From: Podarcis tiliguerta
Taxonomy: Eukaryota
Length of the DNA: 64,000 nucleotides
NCBI GenBank assembly: GCA_965153285.1
Contig: OZ229114.1
Strand: one strand, 5' to 3'
In this document: positions 25,753 to 35,715 of the stretch, one piece after another
Layout of the letters: every line of letters begins with the position of its first letter
Numbering within the stretch: the first letter of the stretch is position 1
Translations under genes and position numbers: made by a program
The notes under the pieces: generated by a model
The model's input: only the letters and a program-made list of their open reading frames with translations
Databases searched by the model: none
Told to the model about the DNA's origin: nothing

Positions 25753-25794
25753 CTTTCCATCCTTGCCAGGCTTCCCTGGTTCTCCTGCTTTTCC
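25753..25794 (-). CDS. COL13A1: COL13A1 exon, 42 nt, GKAGEPGKPGKDGK (COL2; not in recalled human canonical sequence)
   Basis: gccttag|GGA...AAG|gtatcc; Gly at every third codon, open frame, phase 0. Confidence 0.82.
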
Positions 25795-26175
25795 CTAAGG
25801 CAACACAGAAATGTGTCTTTCAGAGACGCCAGCTTGGTAAACCCTTATTTCAACAAGAGTGATTTTGACCTTTTGAAAATGCTTACTGTCCCTGCAGGAA
25901 TGGTGCTGTTACCAGAACATCAAATAGAATTTGTGGCTTTTAAAAGTTGGGCGTCCTGCTGAGAGTGACATAATTGCAGCCAGAGTGTGACTTCTTCACC
26001 CTGGAAGTTTGCACAGGCTGGGGTAGAGGAAATGGAATCCTCATGTAACATGGGAGAAGAAAGGCTTTGGGGCACCACCATTGCAGAACAACCATGGAGG
26101 TAAAAGCCAGATCTTTGGTTCTTCGGAGAACAGGAAGTATGGGAAACAGACACAAGCAATTGAAGAGGTACTTAC

Positions 26176-26274
26176 AGATGGTCCAGTTGGTCCAGGTTGT
26201 CCTGGAGTCCCTGGGAGGCCTGGTGGCCCAGGTGGCCCTGGAGGCCCTTGGATTCCTGCCTGTCCCTGTTCACC
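26176..26274 (-). CDS. COL13A1: COL13A1 exon, 99 nt, [33 protein letters not shown] (start of COL2)
   Basis: cctcag|GGT...TCT|gtaagt; 11 perfect Gly-X-Y triplets. Confidence 0.96.
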
Positions 26275-26729
26275 CTGAGGTGTATTGAAAACAACACTAT
26301 CATCAGTGCAGCACAATGACCCTGGAGTGTGATCTATAGCAAGCAGAGCCTGAGCAAAGGAAGAAGAGCCAAGCCAAGCAAGTTGCTGTTAGTAAGTACC
26401 TGAAGGGGGTTTCCAAAACTTGGGCAAAGGGCAACGTGTGGATGGGCTTTCTGCATGGATTCCTGAATGACTATAAAGCTCCCGTCAGAAGGACTACAAC
26501 TCCCAATCAGATCTTAGACTGGGAAAGCGAGCATCAATACTAAAGCCCATCAAACGAGCCCTTGCCATTGTTCTTAAGGCTTCTCCTTCTTCTGCCCTTC
26601 CTTACAGATTTACAGACTGGGGGTTTCAGGGATGTCTGAATGACACAAGACAATAGCCCCCTAAAACTACTACTTCTGTTCCATCTCCGTCTCATTTCTG
26701 TTCTTGCTTCTGCTGCTTCTTTTCCTGTA

Positions 26730-26890
26730 TTCAAAAGACTCCTTAAAAGCTTATGTTTTCTCTCAGGCTTTAAGAATTTTGTTTGCTTGTTTTACTGATG
26801 TTGTGTATCATTTATTTTACATTGTACCTCACCCTGGTATCAGGACCGATGAAGGGTGAGCTACAAATCCTTTAAATAAATACAATAAAA
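26730..26890 (+). mobile_element. L2-type LINE 3' end, degenerate
   Basis: TGTACCTCACCCTGG...GAAGGGTGAGCTACAAATC followed by a (TAAA)-type tail. Confidence 0.5.
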
Positions 26891-28566
26891 AATACAATCT
26901 ATTTTGGTGCATTATTATTACTATCTCCACTGAGTATTGCTCCTTTCTAACAGAATGCAAAATAGAATGTATGAAGTAAGAACCCTGGTTGCATCTGCTT
27001 TTTTTCTACCCAACCTTGACTATGTCCTGAATTCCAGCCGTCTGTTTCGTTGACTTCCCTGTTTGTTTGTTTTTACACCCAGCCCAAGTGGTTGTGTGAG
27101 ATAGCCTGCAGTGAACTCTAACAGAACATTAAATCCACACACAATGAAACCACTTGGTGCTTAGCAAAACTTTAAAAAAATTATATAGCTCCAATTAATG
27201 GTTAAAAATAGGCATGTGACATCCGATAAGTATGGCGTTTGATCTCTGACTTACTCCCTCCATCCAGCTACATTCCAGATGAATCCTAGAGGGCCATTCC
27301 AGGCTAAAAGTATTCATAAGCATACCATAATGCCACAGTAACAAGAGGCTTTGTGTGGGTTGGCATCTCACTATAGAGAACTCTTGCTGAGATGAACCAT
27401 CTGCACTCATCTACACAAACACACATAATACTGTCCTCAAACAAAGCCAAGGGCACTGCGGCTGTATCCTCTGAAGGATGTTGTAGGCAGCTGAGCCAGT
27501 ACTTGCCAAATGCCCATGTATAAATCTCCATAGATATACAAGCTAATTCATTCCAGTGCCTTCATTCAAAGTGACATAGCTATCTCTAGAGGAGTTGAAG
27601 AGATTGTCAGCAGAGGTTCCCTTACTGTTAGTGCTACAGTCTGTCTATCTGGGAAGTCAAAGGGTGTTTGTTGTGGATGCAATCAGGATATTATTTTGTG
27701 TGGCAACTGTGTTTAGTAAAGTTACACTGACCTATCAAAACCAACACTTTCCACAGTAAACATATTAAGTGTAGACACTCCCAGAGGAGCCATGACCAGT
27801 CTGGTGTCCATGACACAAATCCTCAGGTATTTAGAGATGGGTGCCTGTTTGTCACACTTTGCCAGGCCTTGAGAACGTCTGATCTAGGAAGCTGAAAACA
27901 GCCACCCTACAAGGTGTTGTGGTGTTCTAGGTGCTTAACAGTCCCCTTGTTTTTAAAGATCTAGACAGTTTGCTGAGCCTCTGGGTTACCATACACTACA
28001 TTCTGCTTGATAGGTCCCAGGTTGTGCAAACTTGCCTTAAAATACATGTTTACATGTTTACTGCAGGCGATACCTGCATGACACCAGTGCATGGTCTCGT
28101 GGTAAACACAGCCTCAATATAATGCATGGAGGGCTCTTAGATTCAGTTCTCCTTCAGATATTCTATAGTAATGCAAGGGGAGGTCATTGCTCTCTCTCCA
28201 AGAAAAAGAAGCAATCCTTTTCTTCAAGTATATCCTGTGAAAACCTTGTTCTTCCTCAATAACACTCTTTCTTGCAGCATCTTGTGTGGCCCTGAAATCA
28301 GATCATCAGGAGAAGCAGCCAAAATATTTCTGTTCATGCTTAGCTGCTTAAACTGAGAGCGCAAGCACACAAGTGAACTAAAACCAGCTTGTGGGGTCAT
28401 TTATGATGTACAGGCATGTCAAATGGTGGATAAAACTGACTCTCTAAAGAGATCCCTGCTTCTTCTAGTTTTCATGAAACCCTCTTTAAGGAAGAAAGGA
28501 AGCTGATTAATCGCCAGTCTCTGAATGAAAAGAAAATGCTTAAAACCAGGAAAAGAAGAAGGATAC

Positions 28567-28632
28567 CTGGAAGGTGCGTCTCTTTATGACTGGGGGTGGA
28601 GCCAGCCGCACTGAATTGAGAAGAGGCAACAG
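28567..28632 (-). CDS. COL13A1: COL13A1 exon, 66 nt, [22 protein letters not shown] (NC2 cassette exon)
   Basis: cttcag|CTG...CAG|gtatcc; identical to the recalled human peptide. Confidence 0.96.
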
Positions 28633-30897
28633 CTGAAGAAGACCGAGCCAGGAGGTCACAGGGCAAGGGCCAAAGGTCACAAGGCAAAGGAGGTCAGTAG
28701 GGCATCAAAAGTCATACAGAACAGCCAATGAAGAAAATGGAAAGGGGGTGGGGAAGGAAAACAATGAAAGGATGTAATGAAAGTAAGTCACAGTTCAGAG
28801 ACAAGAATGAAGGGCAATGGAAAAGGTATCTGTCATTGGGAACCTTTTGGCAAGCCTCTTGAGCTCTTCTATGTTCCATTTTAATATTTTGAACATAGGC
28901 TTTGGTTTTATTCTTCAGAGTACTCTGGTGTTTTTTTTAAAAAAATACTTTCTAGTTATATAACATGGAAGAGAAAAAGCTGATTATGCTGTCACCTTCT
29001 GCTGTGTATCATTGCAACTAAGCATAGCACTTGCTACCCTCCACACCTGTAGTCTCTAGGCAGAGTACTTCTACTCTAAATTTGCTTCTTGACTTGTTAT
29101 TTGCACTTCTCTGTTTGCATCGTATTCTTCTCTTTACTTTACCCAAGTCTCCATTCCTCACTGGTTGTTTTAGTGCTCTCCTTATTACCAGATATAGTTC
29201 ATTTCTTGACCATTCTTTTTTGTTGCTAGCTAATTCCATAGCAAATTTGCTAATCACTGCAAAAGCTATTCTGATTACAACAGATATTCTCAGCAAACCA
29301 TTTTTCATCCCTTAGATAGGCCAAACTGTATTAGGGAAAACTAGTCGTTATAGTAAAAGAAGTGTGCCTGCTTTTTTAAAACACCCCACCCCCCCGTGAA
29401 AATGGATATGAAGAAGGCATCTTTTAAATTTCTGAAGGGATGAGTGCAGAATAACTTGAAGACTTCATTCCTACAAGGAATCCAGCTCTACATCTTGGCA
29501 GAAGTTTCACTCCCTGCCAAGTCCAACTATAGGAGATTTTTCTCAGAACTCATTCCTTCAGTGTTCCAAACATGAGCTTCACATGGAGGTCATTTCACTC
29601 CTCAGTTTTACCATACCTGACCTCACAAAAGTAATTAGTATGCATGAGATGCATTTCTAATTTCCGCACCTTTCCAAAGTTTACTCCACATCATTCTACC
29701 TTGCGTGTGTGAGCGTGTGTATGTCTTGCCTCACAGCTGTCTCTATGCGTGTCCATTTTAAATCCAAAGCCATGTGTTCCATGCTACAGATATCCATTCC
29801 ACCTCACAAAAATGGCTCCAGGAAAACAAACATATCTATGCATATCTATGCATATCCTGCCTGCCAAATATTCAATGAACTGTTCCAACCGCTGCATATG
29901 CTTATCCTCACTCTACAACTAGAATCACTCCTGATTTTCACTAGTATATGTGCAAGAACAATCAGGTCTTGCTAAAGCTCAAAAATGCAGATGCCTGTAA
30001 TTTCTTTTGAGGCTGAGAGGTATGCCTGCAGGTCTCCCATGACAGCAACTGTGTACACTTCAGAGAGTACACTTTCTTCCCCTTATTTATGGCTGCTTGC
30101 TCTTTAGTGCAGGCCAAGTTCCAGTCTTGTTGCAAAACTGAAATGTCATCACAATATTGCAGCACTGCAACCCAGTCATTCTGGGCAGCTTGTTAAAAAT
30201 AGAAGATGTGTTGTGGTGGTAAAATTGGAAGAGCAATGGTTGGATTAAGAAGGCCACAATCAACAGCAGATCCAAAGACCACAGAGGGTCTCAGTCTGTG
30301 AATCACAGAAAAAGACACTGCACATTCCCTGTAATTCTTAAGAGGCGACAAAGTCAGCTGAAGTTTGGGAAGCTGTAGCCCTCTTCAGGTGTTTTTCTCC
30401 AAACAATCTCTGTTGTGCAGAAAGAGACACACACAGCAGAGCCACGTGTGCTTCCTCTGCCCCCACCACAACACCACACATCTGCCTTCTCCCCGGCACC
30501 ATCAACATGTTGGGGGAAGATCTAAAGCAGGGTGGGAAGTGCCTGACAAGCACACAGGCTGCCCTGTGAGTTGGAACCCTGAGTGCTCCTGAAGGCAGCC
30601 TCTGCATGCTCAGCAGGCATACCCCCTTCAGACATTCCCCCAATGTATCAACACTGTGGGGACAGTATAGGGTGCGGTGAGGCATGCAGACAAGCACATG
30701 CAGCCCCACTAGTTCTTTTTATGTGACTGAGACAGTACGGAGATAAACACCTGAATAGGATTTTCATATTCCATCTGTTCTGTGTGAGGTGTTGGATTTG
30801 AGCAAACATGAGGAAGATTTGGAATGCCATCCTTAGGTCCAGCTGTTTTCTTCTGATGTCTCACCTTTCCTAATAAGAAGCATGGGAGTATCTAGGG

Positions 30898-31023
30898 CAG
30901 GTATGAGGAAACTGTGGCCTGCCAGATGATGCTGATCTCCAAACTCTTATCAGCCCTGGTCAGTCAGGAATGAGGGGAGTCGTAGTCCAGAAACATTAGG
31001 AAAGCCACAGGTTGCCCGTTCCT
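30898..31023. mobile_element. hAT-type MITE (GGACTACA-core family)
   Basis: Termini CAGGTATGAGGAAACTGTGG / CCACAGGTTGCCC; GTAGTCC core; likely TSD ATCTAGG(G/A) at 30890-97 and 31162-69, separated by a SINE. Confidence 0.6.
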
Positions 31024-31163
31024 AGCTCAGCTGTTAGAGCATGGTGCCGATAATGCTAAGGTTGCAGGTTCAATCCCCATATAGGGCAATTGCATATTCC
31101 TGCATTTCAGGGGGATGGACTAGATGATCCTGAAGGTCCCTTCCAACTCTATGATTCTATGAT
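31022..31163 (+). mobile_element. tRNA-Ile-derived SINE with CR1-type tail
   Basis: TAGCTCAGCTGTTAGAGCATGGTGCCGATAATGCTAAGGTTGCAGGTTCAATCCCC followed by GGACTAGATGATCC...GGTCCCTTCCAACTCTATGATTCTATGAT. Confidence 0.85.
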
Positions 31164-31299
31164 CTAGGAGTGCCTTTCACATGTCTTATAATCAACTGTG
31201 AAATTGCTCAGTAGAAGGGACTCCTCTTGAGGCAAGATCTAAAAACACAGACAAGGCAAAAATAGTGCTGATCAGTTTAAACCTTCAAAATCTCGAGTT

Positions 31300-31403
31300 G
31301 GGCTGGGAATGAAACCCTGGGGAACTGCTGCCAGCCAGTGTAGACAGTGCTGAGCTATATGGAACAGTGGCCTGGCTCAGTATGGCAGCTTCCTATGTTC
31401 CTA
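31300..31403 (+). mobile_element. 3' part of an older squamate SINE (other copies near 14565-14620, 47750-47900, 61420-61590)
   Basis: GAAACCCTGG...CTGCCAGCCAGTGTAGACAGTGCTGAGCTA...GGCAGCTTCCTATGTTCCTA recurs in the window. Confidence 0.6.
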
Positions 31404-31694
31404 AATAAATCTTGAGATGACAGTCATTAACGACTATTGGAAGTTGAGCTCAGGATAGTTCAGATGGCATGACTATGATATACAGAATGTTTTTCTTTAC
31501 ATCATTTGCCTTTTCCCACAGTGAAAAACTGAAGTCTGATGGTAGCATATATTTTACATATTTTCCTTTATTGGTAGGGAGGGGGTAGCGTCCCGCAGGT
31601 ATGTTATTGGATCTTTTGCCACTGAGAACATGCAATATTGGATTCATCTCTTGGCCTTTTGCAACAGGACCAGTTAAACCCTTTCCCCACAAAC

Positions 31695-31751
31695 CTTCAG
31701 TGTAAGGATCTGATTAGAACGCAGGGCTGCAAGTGTGGTGCTTAGGTATTC
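31695..31751 (-). CDS. COL13A1: COL13A1 exon, 57 nt, EYLSTTLAALRSNQILTLK (NC2 cassette exon)
   Basis: cccctag|GAA...AAG|gtttgt; human ECLSSMPAALRSSQIIALK. Confidence 0.92.
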
Positions 31752-33395
31752 CTAGGGGGACAGTGGAGACAGAGCAACACAGAGCTGGGTCAATTTATTC
31801 TCTATACCATCAGCAGCAAAATGAATTTCACCAACTCCTAAATCCAGTCCGAAGACAACTTGCAACCCCTGCCCAACCCTGTTGCCTTTTTTACCTGTTT
31901 CAGTTACCTCATCTGTCCTCAAGGCTTGCATTGTGCAACACATACATAACCTCTTGATGCATTCATTTCCTTCGTTGAGAGCACAGTATCAGCTTTCCTA
32001 ATTTGTTGCTCGACAAACAGGCTAGGGAACTACATAACAGTGGGGCTGGATTCTCAGTCCTTGCTTCACTGACAGTGGTTGAGGAGGGGAACCCAGGCCA
32101 AAAAATCAGTTCATATGCCACAGACACAACGGTAAGAAACCCATTATTCGGAAATCCTAAGCAAGCTAAAACAAGTATCTGGGCTATTCCTTCCTCTTTT
32201 TGGAAAAGAATATAAGTTTGTTATTATGGAACAAAGAAATTAAATGCCTTCCTTTAAGACCCATGGGGGGGGGGTACACACACCTTACCGTTGATAATTT
32301 GCAAAGTATTGCTGCCTTTAAGGGCAACGCTTAACAAAGATGGAAATTGTGACCAGTGCCCTGAGTCCATCCAAGATTTCCAGGCAGCAGGATAGGCCTA
32401 ATCTTCTTGTCTAGCACCTCTCAAAGTTCAAAAATCATGAATCTGCTTAACAGCTTTTTAAAAAAGCATAACTTTTTAATGACTTTAAGAAATCATTTGG
32501 CTCTGAAGTCTTCAAGAACATTTTTGGTATCATCTTGAGGCCCAGTGTTGTTTTTAAAAAGAAAACGAAAACCTTTAAGTTCCTATAATTTTAATTAGAG
32601 TTGGAAGCTAAAATCTCAAACTTTGCTGGCTGCGGCTCAACTCTCAGGTTCCTCACCCCCAGAAACAAAACATAGGCTGCCGGTTAGTATAGAATGTAGC
32701 AGAGGAAGGCTCAAGGCATACTCCCGTTGCAAAGCTTTGCCAGAGCTTCTCCACCTTAATCTATTTGCTCATAGGATGTGGATCATTATTATATTTCCTC
32801 TTATTATGTAGATCTCCTGTAGCTGAAAGCACCATCTGAGATGGGAAGGTATAATTTCTTAAATAACAATTCCAAATATCCAACAGAGACAGTAAGCCAC
32901 ACTATTTTTTTCTTTGGTATGGTCAAGTCCTCTTTACCCCTGAATAGTTTCTCAGTGTTTTAATAGTCTGTGGACCCTCCTTTTCATCTTGATCAGCACT
33001 GGGAGAACTTGCAAGGGAGTGCAGCTGAACTCAGAGCATTGCTCAGGCAAACTATGCTTCTAATTTAAAAATAAAAAGCCCATAGCAATTGACTGACACT
33101 GCTTTTCTAAATAAATATACTTGGCTCTCTGTTGTAATTATATGGGCCAGAACACTCAGCCAATCAGCCAGCCTTTGTTCCCTGCATTCTTCTGCCTCAG
33201 ATACCTCTAAAAGGGGCATTATCTGCATCCTGTCATCACTCAGGATCCTGGGCAAACAGAACATCTATATCTCTCTGGGATAAGGGCCAGATTTTAGGTA
33301 TATTTATTTGGAGACTTCTCAAATGCTGAATATGAAGTATTTAAACCTATGTCCCTATAATAATTTCAGCCCCAATGTATGCCTTTCTAGCTGAG

Positions 33396-33467
33396 ATTTC
33401 TGCATTGCAGGGGGTTAGACTAGATGACCCTCAAGGTCCCTTCCAACTCTACAATTCTATGGTTCTA
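33396..33467 (+). mobile_element. Isolated CR1-type SINE tail
   Basis: TGCATTGCAGGGGGTTAGACTAGATGACCCTCAAGGTCCCTTCCAACTCTACAATTCTATG. Confidence 0.8.
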
Positions 33468-33752
33468 ATGCAGAAAAAATGGGCAGAGCAATCCTAACTG
33501 GCAGATCCGCTAGCCAGATGGAGAAATTGGTGAAATGTTTCCCGGAAAACTCTCTGCACTCACTGTATCTGCCAATAAGGCAGTTAGGTAATAAAATATC
33601 TATGTGGAGGGGGGGGGGTGAGGAAAGGACTGCAGGAGCCAGTGATGAACGCTAAGAACTCTTAAGTTCTATATTTCCATAAAAGCCATCCAAATAAACA
33701 AGGGATAATATGCAAGGGTCACTTTACAAACAAAATAGAAGAGTCTGCTTAC

Positions 33753-33779
33753 CCTGTGTGGATAATCTCCACATTGACC
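33753..33779 (-). CDS. COL13A1: COL13A1 exon, 27 nt, GQCGDYPHR (COL1/NC2 boundary, conserved Cys)
   Basis: ttgcag|GGT...AGG|gtaagc; human GQCGEYPHR. Confidence 0.95.
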
Positions 33780-34182
33780 CTGCAAAAGTAGGAGATTAAA
33801 AGAAAATAGTTTACATCATGAATGCTGTAACCAAAATAGATTTGTGGAGACAGGTTCATAGCAGGTGCATTGCTGATTTAAGCATCCCGTGGACTGGACT
33901 TTGACTATGGATTCAAATGAGCAAAGGTGACATTATTTTCAAAAGCAACTGTGGATATTGAGACTATTGATTCAGGGTACATGAATAGCCTGGAGTTCCA
34001 GGTTGTTTCAGCTTCCAGTTTCTAGAAAAACCTGTGTTTTAATGTGAGTTAAAATCCTCTTTAAGAGAGCACACGACTATTTTAGCCTGCCTTAAACACA
34101 GGTATTTCTAGAAACTGAAACCCAAACGAACGTGGAACTCCCTTTTTTATTGTAGGTAGAATGTTAATTCTGCTAAGCTCAC

Positions 34183-34209
34183 CTTTTCTCCTTTTTGTCC
34201 AGCAGTTCC
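34183..34209 (-). CDS. COL13A1: COL13A1 exon, 27 nt, GTAGQKGEK (COL1)
   Basis: ttctatag|GGA...AAG|gtgagc; human GPQGQKGEK; 105-nt intron to the previous exon. Confidence 0.92.
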
Positions 34210-34314
34210 CTATAGAAAGTAGAAGACAAATATAGAGTCATGTCGCATATATAATGGTGATAAGGAATGCCAAAAATAAGTGTGAGCAGAAAGTATGTAC
34301 AAGTAATTACTCAC

Positions 34315-34341
34315 TGGTTGTCCTTTGGGACCAGCTGGGCC
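34315..34341 (-). CDS. COL13A1: COL13A1 exon, 27 nt, GPAGPKGQP (COL1)
   Basis: cctcaaag|GGC...CCA|gtgagt; human GLTGPPGQP. Confidence 0.9.
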
Positions 34342-34761
34342 CTTTGAGGGGAGGAAAACCCAAGCAGAGGTTACATCAATTGAAAAACAAAGTGAACAAT
34401 ATGATGAATACGACAGCACATGATGTAAGCTTCAGATAAAACTTTGGCATTACAGACAGGAAACACAGGCAAGCTATACCCCCTTTTGCGATAATTCTCA
34501 CCCAAACCTTTTAATTCCATAATCAGGTATCCTTAGGTCCTCCAAGTGACATATATTAATTGGGCCTGTTACAGATGTCATCTACTCCATGTGCAAATGG
34601 GGGAAATCTTTCTTTCATGGTGATGTTGCACATCAATTAAATATCCTTACAGCATGTGCAGTCCCCATCAGGAGAGACTATCCACTAGTGACATAGTTAC
34701 CAGGAACATTCAGCAGTGTGGGCGGTGGGATGCATAATCTGTAGGAGTAGCATCACCAAAA

Positions 34762-35176
34762 GTAGGGATGGGGGAGGAATTCAGTTCTGTTTGCATTTAA
34801 AGACGACAGATTCACACTTTTCAAAACAATACTGTGTACCGAAATGGATATCCTAAGAAAGTCAGACTTATCCAGATTTTGCACAGCAGTTCTCCAGCCA
34901 AACAATGTGTACAAGAATGCACAGACTATGGTAACGTGTGCACATAAATGCATATATTAGTGACAATAAAAAATCAAATATGCATTTTGCTTCAAAAAAT
35001 GTGCACACTGAGCAAAAATGCATTTAGAATGCACATGAGAAATTTGCACGAAAATGCTGACAAATTTTCTGGAGGACTTAAAAAAATATTCCAGTGTAGA
35101 AATGTGGAGACTGAACTTAAGAGTAGAAAAGTGAGAAACTGAAAGATACTGAAATTGACAGATTAACCCATTCCTA
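34762..35176 (+). mobile_element. hAT non-autonomous element with Ac-like TAGGGATG termini
   Basis: TAGGGATGGG ... CCCATTCCTA; related copies at 44300-44730, 18693-18940 and 50080-50238. Confidence 0.7.
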
Positions 35177-35588
35177 ATACAGGAAGAGTAAAAGCTTTTT
35201 TACACATGGGACAAATAAGTCTAAACTGTCCACTGCGTCTTGCAGAGTGGAGGATGGAATATTAGCTACTTCACAGCAGGGCCCCGAACTGTGAATGACA
35301 AGTGTGAAATCCACAATGAGGTGGAGGTCTTATTGTCTTGCCAGCAGGTGGTGGCTCTGGCTCAACACCACTGCACCCCTTAATCTAGTTTGCTAAGGTA
35401 TGCTGTGACATGTGCACATGTCTGGTGAAATGATCTGGGTGGCTTATAAACAAAAATAACAGGTGCCCAATTAAAAATAAAATCAGCAGCATTAGCCTAT
35501 TAATTAACTAAAAGAAAGCAACCAAAAAGTAGCAAAACAACAGCAACAACCCACATTCAAAGCACAATAGCGTCCAGCTGCTAGTTGG

Positions 35589-35715
35589 TTTCCCAAACTT
35601 GGTTCTCCAGCTGTTTTTGGACTACAATTCCCATCATCCCAGACCACTTGGTCCTGCTAGGTAGGGATGATGGGAATTGTAGTCCAAAAACAGCTGGAGA
35701 CCCAAGTTTGGGAAA
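35589..35715. mobile_element. Palindromic MITE; 52-bp arms with one mismatch
   Basis: Arms 35589-35640 and 35664-35715 are reverse complements (51/52), with a 23-nt loop. Confidence 0.9.

Noticed and set aside
29018-29308. 96-aa sense-strand ORF in the NC2 intron
   Set aside because: No recognisable homology or bounding splice sites; explained by purine-rich composition.
29700-29783. 84-nt in-frame candidate NC2 exon (HGTHGFGFKMD...RK)
   Set aside because: Poor pyrimidine tract and low-complexity CA-rich content; consistent with a pseudo-exon.
20128-31163. tRNA-Ile or tRNA-Lys genes
   Set aside because: These are decayed heads fused to CR1 tails, so they are SINEs; the acceptor stems are incomplete.
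32289-32315. 27-nt in-frame candidate exon AAILCKLST with ACG|gtaagg donor
   Set aside because: A competing AG lies 14 nt upstream and there is no known homologue; it cannot be supported without RNA-seq.
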